NCBI GenBank assembly: GCA_034530875.2
Contig: JAVRCJ020000011.1
Location: forward strand, 153,055-217,054
Direction: 5' to 3'
From: Nostoc sp. DedSLP01
Lineage (GTDB): Bacteria; Cyanobacteriota; Cyanobacteriia; Cyanobacteriales; Nostocaceae
DNA: 64,000 nucleotides
Positions 39,440 to 51,000 of this stretch are shown here, one piece after another (within the stretch, counting starts at the first letter, position 1; each line of letters opens with the position of its first letter). The position numbers and the translations under genes were made by a program. Under the pieces are notes generated by a model, which saw only the letters and a program-made list of their open reading frames with translations, was not told the DNA's origin and made no database searches.

Positions 39440-42400
39440 TTAACGATTGAAAGCTATGGCTTTTTCGGCTTCTAGTATCGCCGTTTGTAGTTGTATTGCT
39501 AATACTTTTACATTGGGTTCATAAAGCATTCGTCCATGATTTCCAGGTACAGAAATCACTTTGACAGGCTGTTGAGTATAGGTTTGCCATCCCCAATCAG
39601 GTAAATCGTAATTAGAAGTAGCTCGGATTTCTTGCAACACAATTTCATGCACTTCTTGAGCGCGGAATAAAACAATCGGCGCAGAAATTCGATAATTAGG
39701 TTGATAATTTGCATAATTGAATGTTAGCGATCTCATCACTTTCAGACTGGTTTTGAGTAAAGCAAGGGTAGAGTTTTCGGGTAAAACATTAAATTTGTAC
39801 AAATACTCTGCGGCTAAATCCCACCTGGCTTGGTCATTGGGTTGAGCGGTTAAATCTTCGTATTGCAGTCCTAAAGAAACTTTGTTCAAAATTTCCTGCC
39901 GCCGAATCATTTGCCAAATCCAATCAAGCTCTGTTGTATCTGTCAAATATTCAGGCCGAGAAACTAATCCAGAGTCCAACATAGCTAATAAACTAAGCGT
40001 TTCACCTTGCTGTTCAAGTTGAGAAGCTATTTCAAAAGCAACACCACTACCTGAAGAGTACCCTACTAATATGTATGGGCCTTGGGGTTGCTGTTGACGT
40101 AATAGCTCAATCAATTGCCTTGCATGGGTTTTTACGGATTCAGGGATTGGAGTGGAGCCATCTCGTCCTGGAGTTTCCAGACTATACAGTGGATGTTCGT
40201 TTCCTAAATTAATTGCTAAATCTCGAAAATAGAATCCGTGTCCGTTTGCACCAGGGAGAAAAAATAGAGGAGTTGCATTTCCTTGAGGTTGAAGTAACAG
40301 TAAATCTGGATGGGACTGTTGCACTCCAGTATTACAAATTTGTTCTGCTAGTTGAGCAATAGTAGGGTTCTGAAATAAACTACTCAAGGCAAATTTTTGC
40401 TCAAAAACTTGCTGCATAAGATTGAGCAATTTCACCGCCAATAAAGAATGTCCGCCTAAGTCGAAAAAGTTATCGTAAATTCCAAATTCTTGACTTTTGA
40501 GGACAGTAGACCATAATTGCGCTAGTTTCTGTTCAACTTCGTTGCGTGGGGCTACATTTGATCTTTCAATCCGAAGATGCAAAGCAGGTAAAGCTTTACG
40601 ATCCAACTTACCATTTGGTGTCAGTGGCAGTTTTTCTAAAACAATAAAATGGCTAGGAATCATATAATCAGGGAGAGTTTTACTCAGAAAATCCCGCCAT
40701 TCTTCTAATAAAGCTGGATCGGCTTGATTAGTGCGATATTGCAAAGGCTGGTTGGCGTATTTTTGCCAAGGTTTTAACAGCCAATTACTTTTTGTCGCAA
40801 ATCTTGGTATTGTAACTTCTTCAGGGATATTCTTTTGAAAAACAACATCGTAATCAGAAAAACCTGTCGAGCTATATTGAGTAAACGTTTTATAGGGTAA
40901 ATCTCGCGCTAAAGTTCGCAATGATTCGGGTTCTATTCCTGATTGGATTTGTAAAATTGCAGCTTTTAAATCTGCAAGATTACCCTCTAATTGCGGAATT
41001 TTTTCTAACAACGCCATTTCTGAAGTTAGACGTGCATTCGGAATATTTTTAATACCTAGTAAATCAGGTTGTTCGGTTGCTAAAATTCTTTCGATTGTTT
41101 CCAGATTCAAATTTTGGTTATGCCAATCTAACCATTTAGGTTGTGTTCGGGTAATATTTGCCCTATCTAAATACAAAACAACGTCATAACGAAAACGGCT
41201 CATTTCCGTATGACTGTAACCTCGTTTCAATTCAATCTGTAGGTGACTAATCCTTGGAAATTTTTGCTTGAGGGCGATAAAGAAATCAGGGTCAATTAAT
41301 AATTCTTCTTCGGTGCGAATGCTGTTTTGAATTTGTTGGCGTAAATCTTGAATTGATAATTCATCGGGAGCGCGATAAAATTCGGCTGCGGTGTGGAAAG
41401 CTTCTAATAAATGGAGATTTCGCACATCTCCAATAAAGATTTTACCTTGATGATTGACAGTTTTGATAGCTCCTTCGATGACTGACAGCAGGTAATCTAA
41501 AGAGGGAAAATATTGAATTACAGAATTGATAATTACCAAGTCATAAGCATTGGTTTCAATACCATCAAACTGGTGCGCTGCACTGGTTTTTAAGGTAACT
41601 TTCTCTTGAAGAGACTGCTGTTCTAGATGCTGTGTAATATACTGCAATGCGTCAGGAGAAAAATCTGTTCCTAGATAATGCTGACAATAAGGAGCAATTT
41701 TAAACAATAACATCCCTGAGCCACAGCCAATTTCCCAAACTCTTTTCGGCGCAAGTTCGAGAATTTGCTCAACTGTTTTATCTCGCCATTCTTGCATTGC
41801 TGCTTGGGGAATAGGTTGTGCTGTGTAGCTATCATTCCAACCAACAATATTCAAGGTTGGGTCATCATTAGGATTTTGCTGCTGAGAGTAGTTATCGTTA
41901 AAAAGGTTTTCCCACAATTCTATTAATTCATCTGAGTTCGTGCCTTCTTCGGTTGCTGTGGGGACAATATAAGCTATTAAACGTTTATCTAGATCGGTTT
42001 CTTCCCTAACAATAACAACTGCTTCCTGAATTTTTGAATGTTTGACTAACGAAGCTTCAATTTCACTTAATTCAATCCGAAAACCACGTAGTTTGACCTG
42101 ATTATCAATGCGACCTAAGTATTCTAAATTGCCGTCAGGTAGCCAACGGGCTAAATCGCCAGTTTTATAAATTCGCTCAGTTTTACCGAATAATTCCACT
42201 TCAAGAAATTTTTCGGAGGTTAATTCAGGACGGCTGAGATAACCTCTAGCTAAACCAACTCCTGCAACGCACAATTCTCCTGGTATTCCTGGCGGTAATG
42301 CTTGATTATGTGCATCTAAAATATAGATGTGTACATTAGATATTGGTTTGCCGATTGCTGGTTTTTTGCCATTGGGTTGACAATGAGAAATAGCCGCAGT

Positions 42401-45400
42401 CACAGTAGATTCTGTCGGGCCATAGCAATTATATAAAGATTGTTCATTTCCCCACTGACTAACTAATTCAGCAGTACAAGCTTCCCCACCAACGGTAATA
42501 CATTGCAAATCAGGAAAACTCGCCTTTGGTAAGACTGATAAAGCTGAAGGCGACAAAAAGCTGTGCGTAATTTTGTGTTGGGTTAAAAAGTCAACTAAGC
42601 TTTTACCTGGTAATACAGTGTCTTTATTTCCTAAATATAAACAAGCACCTGCGGATAAAGCAGTCGCAATTTCACCAATAGACAAATCGAAACTAAAAGA
42701 ACCAAATTGAAGCACTCGACTGTGGGATTGCACTTGAAAAGTTTCAACCCAACCCAAGGCAAGGTTAACAATTGCTTTATGCTCAATCATCACTCCCTTT
42801 GGTCTTCCTGTAGAACCAGAGGTGTAAATAACGTAAGCTAAATTATCAGGTGTACTTTGAGGAGTGGGATTATGGGTTAATTCTTCAACAAAAACTTCCT
42901 CATCTAAACAAATGAAGTGGTGTTTTAGTTCAGTTACAGTTAATTGATCTAATAGGAAACTTTGGGTTAGTAATACTGATATCCCAGAATCTTCTAACAT
43001 GAACTTAATCCGTTCTTGGGGATAATTAGGGTCAATCGGTACATAAGCCCCACCCGCTTTGAGGATACCGAGTACACCAATAATCATTTCTAAAGAACGT
43101 TCGACAGAGATACCGATTAATGTATCTGGCTGAATTTGGTAATTTTGAATTAGGTAATGAGCTAGTTGATTCGCTGTTTGATTTAGCTGGTGATAAGTTA
43201 GGCTTTGGGATTCAAAAACTATTGCAATATTATCGGGGGTTTTTGCTGCTTGTTGTTCAAACAGAGTCACCAGTGTTTGGTTATGGGGGTAATCGGTGTC
43301 AGTTTGATTCCAAACTTGCAATTGCTGAATTTCTGCTGTTGTGAGTAAAGGCAGCTGACTGATAGGTTGTTGCGGATTTTGGGTAATTGCTGTCAGCAAG
43401 ACTTCAAAGTGTCTTGCCATGCGCTTAATTGTATCTGCCGCAAATAAATCGGTGGCATATTCCCACACACAGTTTAGTTGGTTGTTATGCTCCCGGAGAT
43501 CCAATCCCAAGTCAAACTTAGCAAATGGGAAACTTTGGTCAAAGGATTGAATCTCAAGCCCTGGTAAACTAACATTTTTCCCCATACCTTCGGTGTTTTG
43601 CAAGGCAATCATCACTTGACACAGTGGGTTACGGCTGAGGCTGCGTTCGGGTTGCAGTTTTTCTACCAAATACTCAAAGGGAATGTCTTGATGAGCATAA
43701 GCATCTAAGCAAGTTTGACGGATTTGTTGCAGTAAATCAATAAATGCTTGCTCTGGCTTGATTTTGCTCCGCAATACTAAAGTATTGACAAAAAAGCCAA
43801 TTAATCGTTCTGTGTAGCTATGGGTGCGGTTAGCGATCGCACTACCAATACATAAATCGTTTTGGCGGCTATAACGCGATAGTAAAATACTAAAAGCCGC
43901 CAACAAAGTCATAAACAAACTCACCCCGTGTTTTTGACTGACGATTTTTAGTTGCTCTGTGAGTTCTTTGCTCAAATAATATTCTTCACGTTCACCTTGG
44001 TAACTTTGTTGCGCTGGACGGGGGTAATCAGTAGCTAACTCCAGTACGCGGGGCGCATCACTTAGTTGTTGTTGCCAATAATCTTCCTGACTGGATAAAA
44101 TTTCCCCTTGTAACCAACTACGCTGCCAAGCTGCATAATCGCTATATTGAATCGGTAAGGGTGATAAATTCGGAGTAGAACCCGCAGCATAAGCTGTGTA
44201 TGCTTGTTCCCATTCCCGCTTAAATACACCCATTGACCAACCATCGCTGATAATGTGGTGCATGTTAATCAGCAGAACATTTTTATGTTCGCTCAGTTGC
44301 AGTAGTTTAGCTCTAAACAGAGGGCCAGTATTTAAGTCAAAGGGTTCTTGTGCATGGGTATCGGCTAACTGTTGTACAGTTTTCGCTTGCGTCAGGGCAT
44401 TGAGTGCTTGTAAATCTGCAATTTCTAAGACTTCTATATCTGCGATATCTTTAACTACTACTTGCGGTTCTCCCTCCAAGGCCGGGAAATAAGTGCGTAA
44501 ACTGTTATGACGTTGTAGCAAATAAGTTAAACTCTGCCGTAAAGCTTCTACATTTAAGTTACCGTCAAGCTGGAGTGCGAAGGGCATATTGTAGCTGGCA
44601 GAATTTCCTTCAGCTTCTAGTTGAGCGAGAAACCAAAGTCTTGATTGAGCAAAAGATAGAGTTTTCGGCTCATTTTCTGGTTGGGGTACAATTGAAGGTA
44701 AAGCAACACTGGCTGATGCTTTGTCAATTTCTCGCGCCAATTCAGATAAAACGCTTTGCTCAAATACCTTGCGGACAGGTAACTCTACCCCAAAACTGTC
44801 ACGAATGCGGGCAACTAATTGAGTTGCTAACAGTGAATGTCCACCCATTTCAAAGAAGTTATCAGAGCGACCTACAGACTGAATTTTTAACAAATCTTGC
44901 CATAAACTAGCCAGTATTTCTTCTGTAGGAGTTACTGGTATTTCTAACTCAGTGGAAGCGGATGTATTGGGTGTTGGTAAGGCGCGGCGATCTAGTTTAC
45001 CGTTAGCAGTCAGAGGCAACTGTTCCAAAACCATTATCTGGCTTGGAATCATATAATTCGGCAGGAGATTTTTCAGGTATTCTTTAACTTCAACCTCTAA
45101 ATTAAGGAATTTTTCTGCCGTCGTAATATAAACCACTAACCTAGGATTGCTATCAGTTTCATATAAAATTACAACAGCTTCTTTAACTGATGAATGTTGT
45201 AATAAAAGTGATTCAATTTCACCAAGTTCAACTCTAAAACCTCGTAACTTCACTTGCTCGTCAATCCGACCCAAATATTCTAAATTGCCTTCAGTATTCC
45301 ATTTTGCTAAGTCACCAGTTTTATAAATTCGCTCAACTTTACCAAATAAATCAATTTCAATAAATTTTTCGGCGGTTAATTCAGGACGATTGAGATAACC

Positions 45401-47932
45401 TCTGGCTAATCCAACTCCCGCAATGCACAACTCACCAGGAATACCAGGAGGTAAGATTTGATTGTGTGCATCTAAAATATAGATGCGGAAATTAGATATT
45501 GGTTTACCAATAGGCGGTTTTTTGCCATTGGGTTGACAAACAGCTATACTTGCACAAACTGTAGATTCCGTCGGCCCATAGGCATTAAAAAAATGTCGTC
45601 CTTTTGCCCATTGGCTCACTAATTCTATTAGACAAGCTTCACCAGCAGTAACTAAAATTTGTAGAGCAGGTAAATTCGCTTGGGGTAACAGGGATAAGAC
45701 TGAAGGAGGTAAAGTGGCATGGGAAATTTTGTGTTCGATTAAAAAGTCAACTAAGCCTTGGCTGGGTAACAAAGTTTCTTTTTTGGCAAGATATAAGCAA
45801 GCACCTGCACCCAAAGTAGTTGTAATTTCCCAAATTGAAGCATCGAAGCTAAAAGAGGCGAACTGAAGTAAACGGCTCTGGGGTTGAATCTGCAAAGCTT
45901 CATCAACCGCCACAGTCAAATTGACCAATCCTCTATGCTCAATCATTACTCCCTTGGGTCTGCCAGTAGATCCAGAGGTGTAGATGACATAAGCCAAATC
46001 ATTAGGTGTACTTTGAGGAAGGGGATTTTCTATTGACTCCTCAGCCAAATTTTCTGCATCTAAACAAATTAATTGAGGAGATTTTTCTAATTCAGGCAGA
46101 GGTAATCGATCTAATAGGAAACTTTGGGTTAATAATACCGATATCCCAGAATCTTCTAACATAAACTTAATCCGTTCTTGAGGATAATTAGGGTCAATCG
46201 GTACATAAGCGCCACCAGCTTTCAGGATACCGAGTACACCAATAATCATTTCTAAAGAACGTTCGACAGAGAGACCAATTAAGGTGTCTGGCTGAATTTG
46301 GTAATTGTGAATTAAATAGTAAGCTAATTGATTAGCTTTTTGATTGAGTTCTTGATAAGTTAAAGTTTTAGACTCAAAAAATACAGCCTGATTATCAGGA
46401 TTTTTTCTAACTTGTTCTTCAAATAAATCAACTAAAGTTTTATCGTGGGGATATTGGGTTTGAGTTTGATTCCAGCTTTGTAATTTATGACGCTCATACT
46501 CTGTAAGCAAAGATAAACTATTGATTGGTTGCTTCGGATTATCAATAATTTGCTTCAGCAGAACCTCAAAATGTCCCGCCATCCGTTGGATAGTTTCAGC
46601 CTCAAACAAATCGGTTGCATATTCCCACTCTCCGGTTAAACCTTGAGGCGTTTCCCGGAAAATCAGCGATAAATCAAACAGTGTCGTGGTGTTTTCCCAC
46701 TCAAAACGGGAAAGAGTTAAGCCAGGAATTTCTAGTTTCTCTGGAGTTCCACTTTGCAAGCCAAAAGCGACTTGAAATAAAGGATGATGAGAAAGCGATC
46801 GCTCTAATCCCAATTCATCAACCAATTTCTCAAAGGGTAAATCTTGATGGTCATAAGCATCTAGGGTTACTTGCTTGACTCGTTCAAGTAATTCTAAGAA
46901 AGTTGGATTTCCTTGCAGCTTAGTACGCAACGCCAAAGTATTGACAAAAAAGCCAATTAGTGGTTCTATTTCTCTACGGTTACGATTGGCGATCGCAGAA
47001 CCAACAACAATATCCTCTTGTCCACTGTAGCGCGACAATAACAGCGTAAATACCGCCAGCATTGTCATAAACAGAGTAGTTCCTGACTCCTGGCTTAAAC
47101 GTTTCAACTGCTGCGTTAAATCTCGATTGAGTTCCAAAAACTCACTCCGCCCTCTGAAACTCTGCACTGATGGGCGTGGTTTATCTGTCGGTAATTCTAA
47201 CAGTGGCGGGACATCTGCTAATTGTTTTTGCCAGTAATTGAGTTGGGTTTGCAGTACTTCTCCCTGTAACCATTGTCTTTGCCAATGGGCGAAATCGGCA
47301 TATTGTAGCGATAATTCGGGTAGAGGAGACGACTCCCCAGCACAGAAAGCCGTGTAAACAGCGAACAATTCCCGGCGGAAGATGTCCATTGACCAGCCAT
47401 CGCAGACAATATGATGGATAACCATTAACAGCAGATGGGATTTTTCAGCCAGTTGTAACAACTTTACTCGCAGCAAAGGCGGGTTTGATAAATCAAAAGG
47501 CTGTTGTAATTCTGAGATCGCAAACTGTCGCGTCTTGCTTAACTGGTGTTCTGTTGGGACTTGTCGCCAGTCTAGCACCTGTAACTTTAGTTGCGGATGA
47601 GCGTGAATCACCTGTATCGGTGACTCATCCACAATAGAGAAGCTAGTGCGTAAGACTTCATGACGTTGGATAATTGTGGCGATCGCTTTTTCTAAAGCAC
47701 TGACATTCAAAACTCCGCTAATTTGCCAGAAAAACGGCACATTATAGACACAATTTTCGCCTTCTAATTGGTCAATAAACCACAGCCTTTGTTGAGCAAA
47801 AGACAGAGGAAGAGGTTGTTCCCTTGATACAGGAGTAAGAGGTGGCGATTTCTGTTGCTTCTTCAGTTTTTGTAAAACTAATTCTCGCTTTTCAGGTGAT
47901 AGATTTTCCAGACGTTTTAGTAAATCGCTCAT
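39440..47932 (-). CDS. aptC: NRPS C-A-T-C-A-nMT-T-TE (AptC-like with terminal thioesterase)
   Basis: HHIVCDG and HHIISDG C domains, two YTSGSTG A domains, VWEIGCGSG methyltransferase, GGHSLL x2, GYSSG thioesterase. Confidence 0.9.
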   Translation of the reverse strand: MSDLLKRLENLSPEKRELVLQKLKKQQKSPPLTPVSREQPLPLSFAQQRLWFIDQLEGENCVYNVPFFWQISGVLNVSALEKAIATIIQRHEVLRTSFSIVDESPIQVIHAHPQLKLQVLDWRQVPTEHQLSKTRQFAISELQQPFDLSNPPLLRVKLLQLAEKSHLLLMVIHHIVCDGWSMDIFRRELFAVYTAFCAGESSPLPELSLQYADFAHWQRQWLQGEVLQTQLNYWQKQLADVPPLLELPTDKPRPSVQSFRGRSEFLELNRDLTQQLKRLSQESGTTLFMTMLAVFTLLLSRYSGQEDIVVGSAIANRNRREIEPLIGFFVNTLALRTKLQGNPTFLELLERVKQVTLDAYDHQDLPFEKLVDELGLERSLSHHPLFQVAFGLQSGTPEKLEIPGLTLSRFEWENTTTLFDLSLIFRETPQGLTGEWEYATDLFEAETIQRMAGHFEVLLKQIIDNPKQPINSLSLLTEYERHKLQSWNQTQTQYPHDKTLVDLFEEQVRKNPDNQAVFFESKTLTYQELNQKANQLAYYLIHNYQIQPDTLIGLSVERSLEMIIGVLGILKAGGAYVPIDPNYPQERIKFMLEDSGISVLLTQSFLLDRLPLPELEKSPQLICLDAENLAEESIENPLPQSTPNDLAYVIYTSGSTGRPKGVMIEHRGLVNLTVAVDEALQIQPQSRLLQFASFSFDASIWEITTTLGAGACLYLAKKETLLPSQGLVDFLIEHKISHATLPPSVLSLLPQANLPALQILVTAGEACLIELVSQWAKGRHFFNAYGPTESTVCASIAVCQPNGKKPPIGKPISNFRIYILDAHNQILPPGIPGELCIAGVGLARGYLNRPELTAEKFIEIDLFGKVERIYKTGDLAKWNTEGNLEYLGRIDEQVKLRGFRVELGEIESLLLQHSSVKEAVVILYETDSNPRLVVYITTAEKFLNLEVEVKEYLKNLLPNYMIPSQIMVLEQLPLTANGKLDRRALPTPNTSASTELEIPVTPTEEILASLWQDLLKIQSVGRSDNFFEMGGHSLLATQLVARIRDSFGVELPVRKVFEQSVLSELAREIDKASASVALPSIVPQPENEPKTLSFAQSRLWFLAQLEAEGNSASYNMPFALQLDGNLNVEALRQSLTYLLQRHNSLRTYFPALEGEPQVVVKDIADIEVLEIADLQALNALTQAKTVQQLADTHAQEPFDLNTGPLFRAKLLQLSEHKNVLLINMHHIISDGWSMGVFKREWEQAYTAYAAGSTPNLSPLPIQYSDYAAWQRSWLQGEILSSQEDYWQQQLSDAPRVLELATDYPRPAQQSYQGEREEYYLSKELTEQLKIVSQKHGVSLFMTLLAAFSILLSRYSRQNDLCIGSAIANRTHSYTERLIGFFVNTLVLRSKIKPEQAFIDLLQQIRQTCLDAYAHQDIPFEYLVEKLQPERSLSRNPLCQVMIALQNTEGMGKNVSLPGLEIQSFDQSFPFAKFDLGLDLREHNNQLNCVWEYATDLFAADTIKRMARHFEVLLTAITQNPQQPISQLPLLTTAEIQQLQVWNQTDTDYPHNQTLVTLFEQQAAKTPDNIAIVFESQSLTYHQLNQTANQLAHYLIQNYQIQPDTLIGISVERSLEMIIGVLGILKAGGAYVPIDPNYPQERIKFMLEDSGISVLLTQSFLLDQLTVTELKHHFICLDEEVFVEELTHNPTPQSTPDNLAYVIYTSGSTGRPKGVMIEHKAIVNLALGWVETFQVQSHSRVLQFGSFSFDLSIGEIATALSAGACLYLGNKDTVLPGKSLVDFLTQHKITHSFLSPSALSVLPKASFPDLQCITVGGEACTAELVSQWGNEQSLYNCYGPTESTVTAAISHCQPNGKKPAIGKPISNVHIYILDAHNQALPPGIPGELCVAGVGLARGYLSRPELTSEKFLEVELFGKTERIYKTGDLARWLPDGNLEYLGRIDNQVKLRGFRIELSEIEASLVKHSKIQEAVVIVREETDLDKRLIAYIVPTATEEGTNSDELIELWENLFNDNYSQQQNPNDDPTLNIVGWNDSYTAQPIPQAAMQEWRDKTVEQILELAPKRVWEIGCGSGMLLFKIAPYCQHYLGTDFSPDALQYITQHLEQQSLQEKVTLKTSAAHQFDGIETNAYDLVIINSVIQYFPSLDYLLSVIEGAIKTVNHQGKIFIGDVRNLHLLEAFHTAAEFYRAPDELSIQDLRQQIQNSIRTEEELLIDPDFFIALKQKFPRISHLQIELKRGYSHTEMSRFRYDVVLYLDRANITRTQPKWLDWHNQNLNLETIERILATEQPDLLGIKNIPNARLTSEMALLEKIPQLEGNLADLKAAILQIQSGIEPESLRTLARDLPYKTFTQYSSTGFSDYDVVFQKNIPEEVTIPRFATKSNWLLKPWQKYANQPLQYRTNQADPALLEEWRDFLSKTLPDYMIPSHFIVLEKLPLTPNGKLDRKALPALHLRIERSNVAPRNEVEQKLAQLWSTVLKSQEFGIYDNFFDLGGHSLLAVKLLNLMQQVFEQKFALSSLFQNPTIAQLAEQICNTGVQQSHPDLLLLQPQGNATPLFFLPGANGHGFYFRDLAINLGNEHPLYSLETPGRDGSTPIPESVKTHARQLIELLRQQQPQGPYILVGYSSGSGVAFEIASQLEQQGETLSLLAMLDSGLVSRPEYLTDTTELDWIWQMIRRQEILNKVSLGLQYEDLTAQPNDQARWDLAAEYLYKFNVLPENSTLALLKTSLKVMRSLTFNYANYQPNYRISAPIVLFRAQEVHEIVLQEIRATSNYDLPDWGWQTYTQQPVKVISVPGNHGRMLYEPNVKVLAIQLQTAILEAEKAIAFNR

Positions 47933-47957
47933 AATAATTATTGTTAAAAGTATGGAT

Positions 47958-48046
47958 TTGCCTCACGCAGAGACGCAGAGGCGCGGAGAGTAGGAGAGAA
48001 GACTCTGCGTAACTTTGCGCTTACTCCCCGTACCTTTGCGTTTAAA
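47958..48046. repeat. Intergenic imperfect inverted repeat (cyanobacterial dispersed repeat)
   Basis: acgcagagacgcagaggcgcggagag arm versus ctctgcgt..ctttgcgc..ctttgcgt arm. Confidence 0.6.
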
Positions 48047-48052
48047 AAATTC

Positions 48053-51000
48053 TCACGAAACTAACTCCTTCCTCACCTCTTCCTCCGATAACTCATCCAC
48101 CTCCGCCAAAATCCTTGCTAAATCATCATTTTCTACTTGCTCATTCACTTTTTGCGCTAGTTCAGCAATAGTTGGATTTTCAAACAAATAACGTAAAGGA
48201 AAATCTAAACTAAAAGCCTCTTTTAAACGAGAAACAACTTGAGTAGCTAATAAAGAATGTCCCCCTAGCTCAAAGAAGTTATCGTGAATCCCCACTTGTT
48301 TTAACTTTAAAACCTCTTTCCAAATCGTGGCTAATTCCTCTTCAATTGGTGTGCGTGGAGCAACAAAATCAACTTCTATATTTCTTTGATAACTATCAGG
48401 AGCAGGCAAAGCGCGACGATTGAGTTTACCATTAGGTGTGAGAGGGAATTTATCAAGAAATACGAAAGCAGTAGGAATCATGTAATCAGGTAACTTTGCC
48501 TTAAGGAAGTTTCGTAAGGTGCTAGGAGTTGGTGAATTATCCTCAGCAACCAAATAGGCTACTAATAATTTATTTCCTGGTTCCTCTTCCCGTGCAATGA
48601 CTACAACTTGTTTTATATCAGGATATTGAACTAAAATAGCTTCAATTTCTGCTAATTCAATGCGAAAACCGCGAATCTTTACTTGTGTATCAATTCTACC
48701 GATAAAATTCAGATTACCATCAGGTAAACGGCAGACTAAATCTCCAGTTTTGTAAAGGATATCTCCAGCAATAAAAGGATTAGGTATAAATTTTTGATTG
48801 GTTAATTTTGCTTGATTTAAGTAACCTCTAGCTACACTTGCACCACCTACATACAGTTCACCAGTAACACCAATTGTAACTCTATTTAAATTTTCATCTA
48901 GTATATAAACTGTTCTATCACCTATGGGTTTACCAATAGGAACTGAATGGACATTTTCAGTAAGTTGTTGAAGAATCGGATAACAACAGGTAAATACTGT
49001 ACATTCAGAAGGCCCATAGCCATTAATTATTTGGGTTTCTGGTAATAGTTCTAAGGCACGTCGAACATGATTTACAGAAAGAGCTTCTCCCCCAATGAGC
49101 AGTTGTTTAACACCTAATAATCCTGATGGTATTGTATCAATCATTAAATTGAATAAGGCGGAAGTTAGCCACAAGATATTAACTTTTTCTTCTTGAAGAA
49201 TGTGGCTTAAGCCTTCTGGCGTAGCAATTCTTTCTGCATACAGTACACAACGCCCACCATAAAGCAATGGTGTCCAAAGTTCTAGGGCTGACGCATCCCA
49301 AGAAATCGATGAATGTTGCAGCCAAATTTGGCTTGCATCAAGGTGGATATAATCAACACCAAACATAACACCAATAAAGCTACGATGGGGAACTTCTGTA
49401 CCTTTTGGTGTTCCCGTTGAGCCAGAGGTATAAATGATATAAGCTAAATTGTCTGGATTAACTTCACTGGGTAAATTATCTTGTTTTTGTTGGGCAATAA
49501 TTTTCCAATCTGCGTCAAGATTCACCACAGTTTGATTATTAATTGGTAGCTGATTTTGTAAATGAGTTTGTGTTAATAATATAGATGCTTCTACATCTTC
49601 CAGCATGAACGCTAATCTTTCAGCAGGATAAGCTGGATCTAGGGGAACGTAAGCCCCTCCCGCTTTGAGAATAGCGAGTATTCCGATTACCATTTCTAAG
49701 GAACGCTCAACACAAATTCCCACCCGAACTTCAGGTTTAACTCCTAGCGATCGCAAATAATGAGCTAATTGATTGGCACGATTATTTAACTCCCGATAAG
49801 TTAAATGTTGTTGTTGATATACAACTGCTATGGCATCAGGACTTTTTTCTACCTGTTCTTCAAATAAAATATGAATACATTTATAATTAATAGAATTTCC
49901 TTGTTGATGATTCTCTAGTAAAATTAACTGTTTTTCTTCTTCTGCACTGAGTAAAGATAATTGAGAAATATATTGTTGTAAGTTATCTGCCATCCCTATT
50001 AGCAAAGTTTGGAAATGTCCAATCATGCGGACAATTGTTTGCTCCTCAAAACAGCTAGTATCATAAACAATCCTGCCAGCTAATTGTGAACCGGGATTAA
50101 TTACTAATGTGATAGGATAATTCGTGCGTTCCCAACAGCTAATATTACTAATCTCTAAAGTTTTTTGAATTTCTGGTTTAGCAGAATCTAAAGGATAATT
50201 TTCAAATACTAAAATACTTTCAAAAAGTGGCAATCCGGTCGGTATGTCACTTAATTGTTGAATTTCTGCAAGAGAAAAATAAGCATATTGTTCCTGCTCT
50301 AATGCTTGGGTTTGTAATTGCTTAAGCCAAGGTAATATTTCTGTCTTGGCTGTTACTTTTGCCCGAATGGGGAGGGTGTTGATAAATAGCCCCACCATCG
50401 ACTCTACTTGCTCAAGCTGCGGTGGACGACCGGATACAGTTGCACCAAAGACTACATCGCTTTCTCCACTGTAACGAGAAATTAATAATGCATAAGCTCC
50501 TTGTACCAAATTATTCAAAGTTAAATGGTGCTGTCGCGCTGCAAATTGCAATTTTTCAGTTACCGTTTGAGATAATTGAAAACGTTGCTCATTATATATT
50601 CCCTTTCCCTTGTTACCTCCCAATAAAGTAGGAGTTTCAAATCCCTGAAGAGTTTTTTGCCAAAAGTTCTTTGCTTGCTCAATATTCTGTTGCTGTAACC
50701 ATTCAATATATTCTCGATAAGGGCGAACTCCCTGAAGGCGTAAATTTTCGCCTCGCTGGTTTGCTTCATAAAAAGTCAAAACTTCTTTGAGGACAATCTG
50801 CATTGACCAGCCATCAAAGAGGATATGATGATGACTCCAAATAAATTGGTATTTTTGCTCTGTTAGCTGAATGATGGTGAAGCGCATTAGAGGTGCTTGA
50901 GCCAAATCGAATTTCTTTTGGCGATCGCTTGACAAAAACTCCTCTAAATGCACTTGTTGTTCATCAGGTGTTAAATGTCGCCAGTCCATTTGCACCCAAG

